Shown here one piece after another: positions 48,948-58,057 of a stretch of 64,000 nucleotides of DNA. Positions within the stretch are counted from its first letter, which is position 1; the number at the start of each line of letters is the position of its first letter. Source of the DNA: Caldimonas sp. (GTDB taxonomy: Bacteria; Pseudomonadota; Gammaproteobacteria; Burkholderiales; Burkholderiaceae_C); assembly GCA_035995885.1 (NCBI GenBank), contig DASYKC010000161.1, forward strand, positions 2,434 to 66,433. Direction: 5' to 3'. The notes under the pieces were generated by a model. That model was not told the DNA's origin, made no database searches, and saw only the letters and a list, made by a program, of their open reading frames with translations. The translations under genes and the position numbers were made by a program.

Positions 48948-49834
48948 CGCGACAGGCGCTTCATCATGAAATAGACGAGCGGCAGCACGAGCGGCATGGC
49001 GCAGACGACCGTCGCCATCGACATGTCGACCTGGTCGAGACGGAGGTAGCGCAGGCCGAGCGTCGCGAGCACGTGCGTCTGGTCGGCCGGGCCGCCGCCC
49101 GTGAGCAGGTAGACGCTGTTGAAGTCGCCGAGCGTCCAGATCATCGACAGGATCGTCGACGTGAGGTAGAGCGTCTGCAGCGACGGCCAGGTGATGAACT
49201 TGAACTTCTGCCAGGTCGTCGCGCCGTCGACCGACGCCGCTTCGTACATCTCGGCGGGGATCGCCATCCGCCCGGCGACGAGGATCAGGGTCCAGAACGG
49301 CAGCGACTTCCAGATGTGGACGACGATCGCCAGGCCGAGCGCGATCGTCGGGTTGTTGAGCCAGTTCGGTCCGTCGGCGCCGGTGAGCCGGAAGATCGTC
49401 GAATTGATGACGCCCCACTCCGGGTTGAGCATGAAGCGCAGCGACAGGATCGTCGGGATCGACGGCACCGCCCACGGCAGGATGAAGAGCAGCGACAGCC
49501 ACTTGATCCAGGGCCGCGTGCGGACGAAAAACCCCGAGAGGAAGAGCGCGACCAGCATCTTGACGTTGATGCCGACGATCAGGAAGAAGAGCGTGTTGAC
49601 GACCGTGCGCGCGAACACCGGGTCGTCGACGAGCTTGACGTAGCTCGCGGGATGGCGCGCCAGCCAGAGGCCGTAGACGACCGGGTAGAGAACGAAGACC
49701 GCGAAGATCAGGACGTAAGGCGCGACCAGGACGATGCCCCACGCCTGCCACGGCGTCAGCCGGCGCCGGGTCGGACCGACCGGTGCCGACTGGCGCTCGG
49801 GCTGCCCGGCGCCTTCGAGCGCGAGCGTCGACAC
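48944..49834 (-). CDS. Carbohydrate ABC transporter permease (MalF-like)
   Basis: LPWAVPS, WKSLPF, MYEAASVDGAT EAA motif. Confidence 0.93.
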   Translation of the reverse strand: MSTLALEGAGQPERQSAPVGPTRRRLTPWQAWGIVLVAPYVLIFAVFVLYPVVYGLWLARHPASYVKLVDDPVFARTVVNTLFFLIVGINVKMLVALFLSGFFVRTRPWIKWLSLLFILPWAVPSIPTILSLRFMLNPEWGVINSTIFRLTGADGPNWLNNPTIALGLAIVVHIWKSLPFWTLILVAGRMAIPAEMYEAASVDGATTWQKFKFITWPSLQTLYLTSTILSMIWTLGDFNSVYLLTGGGPADQTHVLATLGLRYLRLDQVDMSMATVVCAMPLVLPLVYFMMKRLSR

Positions 49835-49849
49835 GTTCTCCCCTGCCGG

Positions 49850-51217
49850 TCAGCCCGCGATCGCCTTGATGCGGGCGATCATCTCGGTCACCGCCTGGTC
49901 GACCGGAATCTTGTCGTTGATGACGCGGTTCATCGCCTTCGCCCACACGTTCTCGTTGTTGACGATCGTGAACTTGTAGTTCTTCGTAAATTCGAAGGTC
50001 ACCGTGCCGGCGCCGAACTGGTTGAACACCGAGCGCCGATGCGGGTCGGCCTGCCAGAACGGGCGCTGCGTCGCCGTCGTCACGACCGGGAACCAGCGGC
50101 CGAGCGAGCCCTCGACGTAGGGCGTGAGGTTCTCGTCCTGGAGCAGGAAAGCGACGAACTCCTTGGCGCGCGCCTTGTTCTTCGCGGCCGAGAAGACGAC
50201 GCCCGTCTTCACCGCGGCGCGATAGACCATCTTCGAGCCGTCGGGCTTGTTCGGGAAGCCTGCCGTGCGGATCAGCTCCTCGTAGTTCTTCTTGGCCGTC
50301 GCGCGCTGCTCGGCGTTGAGCGCCTCGTTGTTGGCGTCGTCGAGCCACTTGGCGGCGATCGAGATGGTCGCGTTGTGCGTCATCACCGTCGTCTTGTTGT
50401 GGAAGGCGACGTTGTTGTCCGGGTCCTTCCAGCTCGTCGACGACGGCGGCGTGCAGCTCTTGGCGGCCACGTCGGTGTAGTCCTTGAGCGCGCTGACCAG
50501 GCCGGCCTTGACCTTGGGGTCGTCGACCAGCAGTTTGCCGCTGTCGTCGACGAGCTTGACGTTGTAGGCGTCCATGAAGGTCAGGAACGAATAGAACGAG
50601 TCGCTCGAATCGACGCCCATCGGCTGGCCGATGCCGAAGATCCGCGTCCCGGTCTTCTGCCGGTAGGCGGGCTGCACCTTGTCGCACCAGAACGACCAGT
50701 AGTCGCTCCACTTGGTCGGGATGTCGGCTTCCTTGAAGCCGGCCGCCTGCAGCATGTCGAGCCAGATCTCGATGTGCATCGTCTGCTGCTTGAGCGGGAA
50801 CGCGTAGTACGCGCGCTTCTTCGCCTTGTCGTCCCACAGGTACGTGGTCTCGATCGTGTTCTTGAGGAATCGCGCCTTCATCGGCGTCAGGACGTCGCTG
50901 ATGTCCTCGAGCTTGCCGTCGAAGGCCCACTTGCCGGTGACCTGGAAGTCATAGACGTCGGCGTAGGCGACGTCGGGCGGCGAGCCGGCGTCGAGCGCGG
51001 CGACCGTCTTCGGGATCATGTCCTGGATCGGGTACTGCGAGAGCTCGACCTTGACGCCGCTCTTCGCCTCGTACTTCTTGATCGCCTCGAACAGCGCGTC
51101 GTCCTCGGACTTGTAGAAGCCCTTGACCCACCAGACGGTGAGCTTCTCCTGCGCCAGCACATGGCCGCAGAAGGCGAGCGCGCAGCCGGCGATGATGCCG
51201 GCGATCGTCTTTCTCAT
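49850..51217 (-). CDS. CUT1-family ABC substrate-binding protein
   Basis: Signal peptide MRKTIAGIIAGCALAFCGHVLA; AGSPPDVA; head of the permease-ATPase operon. Confidence 0.9.
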   Translation of the reverse strand: MRKTIAGIIAGCALAFCGHVLAQEKLTVWWVKGFYKSEDDALFEAIKKYEAKSGVKVELSQYPIQDMIPKTVAALDAGSPPDVAYADVYDFQVTGKWAFDGKLEDISDVLTPMKARFLKNTIETTYLWDDKAKKRAYYAFPLKQQTMHIEIWLDMLQAAGFKEADIPTKWSDYWSFWCDKVQPAYRQKTGTRIFGIGQPMGVDSSDSFYSFLTFMDAYNVKLVDDSGKLLVDDPKVKAGLVSALKDYTDVAAKSCTPPSSTSWKDPDNNVAFHNKTTVMTHNATISIAAKWLDDANNEALNAEQRATAKKNYEELIRTAGFPNKPDGSKMVYRAAVKTGVVFSAAKNKARAKEFVAFLLQDENLTPYVEGSLGRWFPVVTTATQRPFWQADPHRRSVFNQFGAGTVTFEFTKNYKFTIVNNENVWAKAMNRVINDKIPVDQAVTEMIARIKAIAG

Positions 51218-51307
51218 GCTGTCTCCTTGGTTCGGTCTCGGACGGCTCGGGCCGCGCCTCGAAAACATAACCGATGCCGATGGGGTTCTCAATCCGGGAT
51301 TGGCGGT

Positions 51308-51323
51308 GGTTGTCCGGACAACC
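51308..51323. promoter_or_regulatory. Perfect 16-bp palindrome upstream of the ABC operon (candidate operator)
   Basis: GGTTGTCC/GGACAACC, ~90 bp upstream of the SBP start. Confidence 0.55.
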
Positions 51324-51356
51324 GCGCGGCACCGGCCCTCATGGCGCGGCCGCGCG

Positions 51357-52154
51357 CTAACTCGGTGCCGGCTTTCGCTTGTCGATGAACGCCTGGATGC
51401 CTTCGAGCGCCGATTCGTCCATCATGTTGCAGGCCATGGTCCGGCCGGCCGCCTCGTATGCCGCCTCGACGCCGCCCTCGAGCTGGCGGTAGAAAAGCTC
51501 CTTGCCGAGGGCGATCGCGACGCGCGGCTTGGCGACGATCGCCGCGACCAGGGCCTCGACGGCGCCGTCGAGCGCCTCGGGCGAGGCGACGCGATTGACC
51601 AGGCCCCTGGCGCGCGCCTCCTCGGCGGAGATGAACTCGCCGGTGACGAGCATCTCGAACGCCGGCTTCCTGGCGAGGTTGCGCGAGAGCGCGACGCTCG
51701 GCGACGAACAGAAGAGGCCCAGGTTGACGCCGCTCACCGCGAAGCGCGCGACGTCGGCGGCGACGGCGAGATCGCAGGCGGCGACGAGCTGGCAGCCGGC
51801 CGCGGTGGCGATGCCCTGCACGCGCGCGATCACCGGCACCGGCAGGCGCTGGATCGTCAGCATCACGCGCGCGCATTGCGCGAAGAGCGTCTCGTAGTAG
51901 GCGAGCGACGGCGCGGCGCGCATCTCCTTCAGGTCGTGGCCGGCGCAGAACGCCTTGCCCTCGGCGGCGACGACGACGACGCGCGCCGTCGCGTCGAGCG
52001 CGATCGCGTCGAGCTCGGCCTGCAGCGCGGCGAGCATGCCTTCGCTCAGCGCGTTGAACGATTGCGGCCGGTCGAGCGTGAGCGTGACGACGCCGCGCGC
52101 GTCGACGGCGCGCCTGACAAAAGGAGCGAGCTCGCTGGCGACGCGGTCGTTCAT
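51357..52154 (-). CDS. Enoyl-CoA hydratase/crotonase family protein
   Basis: AFCAGHDLKE, VQGIATAAGCQL, NLGLFCS, GLVN. Confidence 0.9.
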   Translation of the reverse strand: MNDRVASELAPFVRRAVDARGVVTLTLDRPQSFNALSEGMLAALQAELDAIALDATARVVVVAAEGKAFCAGHDLKEMRAAPSLAYYETLFAQCARVMLTIQRLPVPVIARVQGIATAAGCQLVAACDLAVAADVARFAVSGVNLGLFCSSPSVALSRNLARKPAFEMLVTGEFISAEEARARGLVNRVASPEALDGAVEALVAAIVAKPRVAIALGKELFYRQLEGGVEAAYEAAGRTMACNMMDESALEGIQAFIDKRKPAPS

Positions 52155-52176
52155 GGCGGAATCCTTCTCCAGGCGA

Positions 52177-53823
52177 CTACTCGATCGCCGAGGCCGAACG
52201 CGCACGCTCGCGCAGCTGGAACTTCTGGATCTTGCCCGTCGACGTCTTCGGGATCGGCTCGAAGCGGATCTCGCGCGGCACCTTGTAGCCGGCGAGGAGC
52301 TGGCGGCAGTGCGCGACCAACTCGGCGGCGCTGACGCTGGCGCCGCTCTTCAGCTCGACGAAGGCGACCGGCGTCTCGCCCCACTTCGGGTCGGGCCGCG
52401 CCACCACCGCGCAGGCGAGGACGTCGGCGTGACGGTACAGCGCGTCCTCGACCTCGAGCGAGCTGATGTTCTCGCCGCCCGAGATGATCACGTCCTTGCT
52501 GCGGTCCTTGATCTTGACGTAGCGGTCGGCCTCGAGCACGGCAAGGTCGCCGGTGTGGAACCAGCCGCCGGCGAAGGCTTCGCCGGTCGCCTTCTCGTTC
52601 TTGAGGTAGCCCTTCATCACGATGTTGCCGCGAAACATGATCTCGCCCATCGTCCGGCCGTCGGCGGGCACCTCTGCAAGCGTCTCCGGGTCGCGCACCG
52701 TCATCGCCTCCTCGAGGACGTAGCGGACGCCCTGGCGGCCGTTCAGCCGCGTCTGCTCCGACAGGTCCTGCGCGAACCAGGACGACCGCTTCACCGCGAC
52801 CGCCGCCGGCCCGTAGGTCTCGGTGAGGCCGTAGACGTGGGTGATGTCGATGCCGATCCGCGCCATGCCGTCGATCATCGACGCCGGCGGCGCCGCGCCG
52901 GCGACCATCGCCCTCACCTTCTGCCCGATGCCGCGGCGCAGCTCGGCCGGCGCGGCGATCAGCAGGTTGTGGACGATCGGCGCGGCGCAGTAGTGGTCGA
53001 CGCGCTCGTCGCGCATCGCCGCCAGGATCGCCGCCGCCTCGACCTTGCGCAGGCAGACGTGGGTGCCGCCGAGGAGCGCCACGGTCCAGGGGAAGCACCA
53101 GCCGTTGCAATGGAACATCGGCAGCGTCCACAGGTAGCGCGGGAAATGCGGCATCGTCCAGGTCGCCGCGTTGCACACCGCGTTCAGATAGGCGCCGCGA
53201 TGGTGGGTGACGACGCCCTTCGGGTCGCCGGTCGTTCCCGAGGTGTACGAGACGGCGATCGCATCCCATTCGTCGGCCGGCGCGGCGAGCACCGGCAGCG
53301 GGTCGTGCGCGGCCAGCAGCGCTTCGTACTCGTGCGTGCCGAGCCGCTCGCCGGCGCCGCCGTGCTCGCTGTCGCAGACGTCGACGACGATCGGCGTCCG
53401 GCCATGCGCTTCGGCCAGGATTCGCAGCGCCGGACCGACGATCGGCGCGAGCTCGCGGTCGGTGATGAGCACCGCGCATTCGCAATGGTCGAGCTGCCAG
53501 GCGATGAGCGCGGCGTCGAGGCGAGTGTTGAGCGTGTTGAGGACCGCGTTCAGCGCCGGCACCGCGTAATGCGCCTCGACCATCTCGGGCGTGTTGTGCA
53601 GCATCGCGCTGACCGTCGTGCCGCGGCCGACGCCGAACGAGCGGAGCGCCGCGGCGAGGCGCGCCGAGCGATCGCGCGTCTCGCGCCAGGTGTAGCGGCG
53701 CGCGCCGTGGACGACCGCCTCGAGATCGCCGAAGACCTCGGCGCTGCGCTCGACGAAGCTGGTCGGCGACAGCGCGACGAAGTTCGCCGCCGTCTTGCCC
53801 AGGCCCTGTTCGTATGCGTTCAT
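52177..53823 (-). CDS. Acyl-CoA synthetase (AMP-binding)
   Basis: YTSGTTGDPKG, YGLTET, TGDLA, IKDRSKDVIISGGENIS, PKTSTGKI. Confidence 0.93.
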   Translation of the reverse strand: MNAYEQGLGKTAANFVALSPTSFVERSAEVFGDLEAVVHGARRYTWRETRDRSARLAAALRSFGVGRGTTVSAMLHNTPEMVEAHYAVPALNAVLNTLNTRLDAALIAWQLDHCECAVLITDRELAPIVGPALRILAEAHGRTPIVVDVCDSEHGGAGERLGTHEYEALLAAHDPLPVLAAPADEWDAIAVSYTSGTTGDPKGVVTHHRGAYLNAVCNAATWTMPHFPRYLWTLPMFHCNGWCFPWTVALLGGTHVCLRKVEAAAILAAMRDERVDHYCAAPIVHNLLIAAPAELRRGIGQKVRAMVAGAAPPASMIDGMARIGIDITHVYGLTETYGPAAVAVKRSSWFAQDLSEQTRLNGRQGVRYVLEEAMTVRDPETLAEVPADGRTMGEIMFRGNIVMKGYLKNEKATGEAFAGGWFHTGDLAVLEADRYVKIKDRSKDVIISGGENISSLEVEDALYRHADVLACAVVARPDPKWGETPVAFVELKSGASVSAAELVAHCRQLLAGYKVPREIRFEPIPKTSTGKIQKFQLRERARSASAIE

Positions 53824-53898
53824 GCTCGCTCTGCCGGTCGCGAGCCATATTACGCGCCGCCCGGGACCTTGCCGAGAGCGGAGAAACGCGAGTCGAGC

Positions 53899-55200
53899 CT
53901 AGGCAACGGACGCGGCGAGCGCCTGGTCGATGTCCCAGAGGATGTCGTCGACGTGCTCGAGGCCGACCGAAATCCGCACCATGTCCTGCGGCACGCCGGC
54001 GGCGAGCTGCTGCGCCTCGTCGAGCTGGCGGTGCGTCGTCGACGCCGGATGGATGACGAGCGTCCGCGTGTCGCCGATGTTGGCGAGATGGCTCATCAGC
54101 TGCGCCGCCTCGATGAAGCGCACGCCCGCGGCGCGGCCGCCCTTGACGCCGAAGGCGAGCAGGCCCGACGCGCCCGGGACGCCGCCGATCGACCGCATCT
54201 GCCGGGCGACGAGGGCGTGGTCGGGATGCTCGGGCAGGCCCGGGTAGTTGACCCAGCCGACCCGTGGATGCGACTGCAGGAAGCGCGCGACGGCGAGCGC
54301 GTTGGCGCAGTGGCGCTCCATTCGCAGCGGCAGCGTCTCGATGCCCTGCAGGATCTGCCACGCGCTCGTCGGCGCGAGGGCGGCGCCGTAGACGCGCAAG
54401 GTCTCCGTGCGCGCCCGCATCGTGAAGCCGAAGTCGCCGAAGGTCTCGAAGAACCTGACGCCGTGGTAGCCCTTTGACGGCTCGGTCATGCCCGGGAACT
54501 TGCCGTTGTCCCAGGGGAAGCGGCCGCTCTCGACCATCACGCCGGCGAGCGTCGTGCCGTGGCCGCCGAGGTACTTGGTCGCCGAGTGGACGACGATGTC
54601 GGCGCCGAAGCGGATCGGATTGCAGAGAAACGGCGACGGCACGGTGTTGTCGACGACGAGCGGAACGCCGTGGGCGTGCGCCACCTCGGCGACGGCGGCG
54701 ATGTCGAGCACCTGCAGACTCGGGTTGCCGAGGCTCTCGGCGAAGACGGCGCGCGTGGTCGGCCGTATCGCCGCGGCGAAGGCATCGATCGAGGCGCCGT
54801 CGACGAACGTCGTCCCGATGCCGAGCCGGGCGAGGTTGACCGCGAGCATGCTGACGCTGCCGCCGTAGAGCGCGCCGGCGGCGACGACATGGTCGCCCTG
54901 CTCCAGCAAGGTGAGCAGCGCCATCGCCTCGGCCGCCATGCCGCTCGCCGACGCCAGCGCCGCGCGACCGCCCTCGAGCGCGGCGACGCGCTCCTCGAGG
55001 ACGGCGACGGTCGGGTTCGAGAGCCGCGAGTAGACGTTGCCGAAGGTCTGCAGGTTGAACAGGCTCGCGGCGTGGTCGGCGCTGTCGAAGACGAAGCTCG
55101 TCGTCTGGTAGATCGGCAGCGCGCGCGCGCCGGTCGCGGCATCGGGAATCTGGCCGGCGTGGATCGCCAGCGTCTCGGGCTGGAAGCGATGGTCGGCCAT
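53899..55200 (-). CDS. metY: O-acetylhomoserine aminocarboxypropyltransferase
   Basis: PIYQTTSF, YSRLSNPT, PLP lysine HSATKYLGGHG, LANIGD..HPASTTHRQL. Confidence 0.88.
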   Translation of the reverse strand: MADHRFQPETLAIHAGQIPDAATGARALPIYQTTSFVFDSADHAASLFNLQTFGNVYSRLSNPTVAVLEERVAALEGGRAALASASGMAAEAMALLTLLEQGDHVVAAGALYGGSVSMLAVNLARLGIGTTFVDGASIDAFAAAIRPTTRAVFAESLGNPSLQVLDIAAVAEVAHAHGVPLVVDNTVPSPFLCNPIRFGADIVVHSATKYLGGHGTTLAGVMVESGRFPWDNGKFPGMTEPSKGYHGVRFFETFGDFGFTMRARTETLRVYGAALAPTSAWQILQGIETLPLRMERHCANALAVARFLQSHPRVGWVNYPGLPEHPDHALVARQMRSIGGVPGASGLLAFGVKGGRAAGVRFIEAAQLMSHLANIGDTRTLVIHPASTTHRQLDEAQQLAAGVPQDMVRISVGLEHVDDILWDIDQALAASVA

Positions 55201-55220
55201 GACGATGTCCAGCGGGTGGC

Positions 55221-55682
55221 TCAGACGGGTCGGCGCGCCGAGATCACGCCGGTGTTGACGCCGGCCCAACTCAGGCCGCCGAACAGGCGCGCGTGCTCGA
55301 TCTTGACGCAGCGGTCCATGACGACGTCGAGGCCGGCCGCGGCGGCGAGCGCGGCCGCCGCCTCGTTCGTGACGCCGATCTGCTGCCACAGGCACCTGGC
55401 GCCGACGGCGATCGCCTGCTCCGCGATCGGCATCACGTCCTCGGTGCGGCGGAAGACGTCGACGATGTCGATCGCGACATCGATCGTCGCCAGCGCGGCG
55501 TGACAGCGCTCGCCGAGGATCTCGTCGTAGCGCGGGTTGACCGGGATGATCCGGTAGCCGTGCTCCTGCATGTACTTGGCGGCGAAGTAGCTCGGCCGAT
55601 GCCACTCCGCCGAGAGGCCGACGACGGCGATCGTCCGGCTCGTTCGCAGGATGCGGCGAAGGGTGGCGATGTCGTCGGCCAT
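55221..55682 (-). CDS. CoA-binding protein (YccU family)
   Basis: IAVVGLS..RPS, IPVNP, DVFRR, WQQIGV, VMDRC. Confidence 0.9.
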   Translation of the reverse strand: MADDIATLRRILRTSRTIAVVGLSAEWHRPSYFAAKYMQEHGYRIIPVNPRYDEILGERCHAALATIDVAIDIVDVFRRTEDVMPIAEQAIAVGARCLWQQIGVTNEAAAALAAAAGLDVVMDRCVKIEHARLFGGLSWAGVNTGVISARRPV

Positions 55683-55747
55683 GCGGCGCCCGGCGGCGCG
55701 TGCGCGCCGCTGGGCGCGCCGACCTTACCCGAAACGCGCGGCGCCGG

Positions 55748-58057
55748 TCAAAGCGACGCGGTCGCGGCGATGCGATCGGCGTCGCCCGGCGCGCCGATGT
55801 TCGCCGGCTGCGGCGCGAGCTCGTCATCGCCCTCGGCTGCCGCCTCGTCCGCAGTCGGGAGACCGCCATCGGCATGCCACCAGTGGGGATGGGCGCGACG
55901 GGCGATGACCTCGCGGTGCAGGACGATGAGCGCCGCGCGGCTCGAGACGAGACGGAGCGCATCGTCGGCGCCGAGCGCCGCCGGCCCGTCGCGCAGGGCG
56001 CGTTCGATTCGCCCGGCCTCGGCAGCTGCCTTGGCGCCCTGCGGCGGCTCGCGCTGCGGCAGCGCCGCGATGACGCGCAGGTGAACGCCGCGATCGGCGA
56101 TCGCCGCGCGCAGCGTCGCGAGGTGCGCGGCGACCGCGGCGCCGGCGAGCCGAGTTTCCCGCAGCACGCGCGGCTCGCGGCTCTCCTCGGGGGTCAGCAT
56201 CAGGCCGCGGCGGTGCAGCGCCCGGCCGATCCTGACCCGGCTGGTGTATACCGAGAGCGGAATCGCCGAGAGCAGGCCGAGCAGGATCGGCGACAGCCAC
56301 CACGGGAACGCCGCGCTCGTGACGACGATCGCCGTGATCCAGATGATCGCGAGCACGGTGTGCAGGCCGTGGCGCGCGGCCGCCTCGCGCCACGACGTCG
56401 AGGCGTCGTCGCGCGGCGGCGACTTCCAGTCGAGGCGCCAGCCGGTCAGCGCGGCGAACACGAACTGGGTGTGGAAGAGCATCCGCACCGGCGCGAGCAG
56501 GAGCGAATGGAAGAACTCGATGACGGCGCTCGCGACCAGCCGCGCCCGGCCGCCGAAGCGGCGGGCCTCGCCGCGCACGAGAAGGGCGACGAGGGCCAGC
56601 ACCTTCGGCGCCAGCAGCAGCACGGCAGTCAGGCCGAAGAGCGTCAGCATCAGCTTGACGTTGGCGGTCGGCCAGACCGGGAACAGCTGGCCCGGCTCGG
56701 GGAAGTAGGTCGGGTCGTTGCCGGCGTGCTGCGCGAAGAGCAGCGTCGACAGGAGCAGGAAGCCGAGCCAGAGCGGCGACGACGCGTAGGCGAGGACACC
56801 GGTCAGGAAGGCCGTGCGGTGGACCGCGTGCAGGCGCGGCTCGAACATCAGGCGCGAATTCTGCAGGTTGCCGTGGCACCAGCGGCGGTCGCGCTGCAGC
56901 TCGGCGAGCAGGTTCGGCGGGACCTGCTCGTAGCTGCCGTCGATCTCGTCGGCGACCCAGACCTTCCAGCCGGCGCGCCGCATCAGCGCCGCCTCGACGA
57001 AGTCGTGCGACATCACCTCGCCCGAGAGCGGGCCGTCGCCGTGCAGCGGCGCGAGCGCGCAGTGGCCCATGAAAGGCGCCATGCGCAGGATCGCGTTGTG
57101 GCCCCAGTAGTGCGATTCGCCGAGCTGCCAGAAGCGCATGCCGGCAGTGAAGAGCGGCCCGTAGGCGCGCGCCGAGAACTGCTGGATCCGGCCGTGCAGC
57201 GTCTCGTGGCCGACGGCGCGCGGCGCGGTCTGGATGATGCCGGCGTCGACGTGCGCTTCCATCATCCGCACCAGCGTCGTCAGGCACTCGCCGGTCATGA
57301 CGCTGTCGGCGTCGATGACGACGAGGTAGCGGTAGGCCGCGCCCCAGCGGCGGCAGAAGTCGGCGACGTTGCCAGCCTTGCGCTTGACGCGCTGCTGGCG
57401 CCAGCGGTAGTAGATGCGCAGCGCCGGGCTCTCGCCCTCGCTGGCTGCGGCGATGCGGCCGGCGAGCTCGCTCCAGGCGGCGTGCTCGGCGGCGCGGATG
57501 TCGGCGTCGGAGGTGTCGCTGAGGATGTAGACGTCGAAGTTCTCCGACTCGCCGGTCGAGACCAGCGAGTCGATCGTCGCCGCGAGGCCGCCGAACACCG
57601 TCGGCACGTGCTCGTTGCAGATCGGCATGACGATCGCCGTTCGCGCCGCCGGATCGAGCGGCCGCACCGGCTCGCTGGCAAGGCCGCGCATGAGCGGGCC
57701 GCGGCCACGACCGAAGAGGAGGACGCCGGCGCCCATCACCCCGGTCCAAAAGCCCGCCGAGATCCAGGCGAAGAGGACACCGAAGAGGACGAGCAGGCCG
57801 CGCTCGGCGAGCGCCGCACCGCGCTCGGGGAGGACCTCGGCCATCGCCTGCGTGCCGACGTAGGCGCCGAGCACGACCAGGACGAGCAGGACGAGGCGGC
57901 GCAGCATCAGCGGCCGGGCGTCGCTCGCGCGCCGCTTGGGAACGCGCGGCAGGCGGCCGAGCAGGCGGCGCAGCGGCCGGCCCCAGGGCGAGCCCGCCCA
58001 GGGCACGGCTGGCATCGAGCTGCGCTCGAGCGGCGGCTGCGGCAGCGGCGCCGTCAC
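55748..58057 (-). CDS. mdoH: Glucans biosynthesis glucosyltransferase MdoH/OpgH
   Basis: PICNE, RKAGNVADF, DADS, YWGHNAI, MSHDFVEAA, RDRRWCHGNLQ; GTG overlaps mdoG stop. Confidence 0.94.
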   Translation of the reverse strand: MTAPLPQPPLERSSMPAVPWAGSPWGRPLRRLLGRLPRVPKRRASDARPLMLRRLVLLVLVVLGAYVGTQAMAEVLPERGAALAERGLLVLFGVLFAWISAGFWTGVMGAGVLLFGRGRGPLMRGLASEPVRPLDPAARTAIVMPICNEHVPTVFGGLAATIDSLVSTGESENFDVYILSDTSDADIRAAEHAAWSELAGRIAAASEGESPALRIYYRWRQQRVKRKAGNVADFCRRWGAAYRYLVVIDADSVMTGECLTTLVRMMEAHVDAGIIQTAPRAVGHETLHGRIQQFSARAYGPLFTAGMRFWQLGESHYWGHNAILRMAPFMGHCALAPLHGDGPLSGEVMSHDFVEAALMRRAGWKVWVADEIDGSYEQVPPNLLAELQRDRRWCHGNLQNSRLMFEPRLHAVHRTAFLTGVLAYASSPLWLGFLLLSTLLFAQHAGNDPTYFPEPGQLFPVWPTANVKLMLTLFGLTAVLLLAPKVLALVALLVRGEARRFGGRARLVASAVIEFFHSLLLAPVRMLFHTQFVFAALTGWRLDWKSPPRDDASTSWREAAARHGLHTVLAIIWITAIVVTSAAFPWWLSPILLGLLSAIPLSVYTSRVRIGRALHRRGLMLTPEESREPRVLRETRLAGAAVAAHLATLRAAIADRGVHLRVIAALPQREPPQGAKAAAEAGRIERALRDGPAALGADDALRLVSSRAALIVLHREVIARRAHPHWWHADGGLPTADEAAAEGDDELAPQPANIGAPGDADRIAATASL

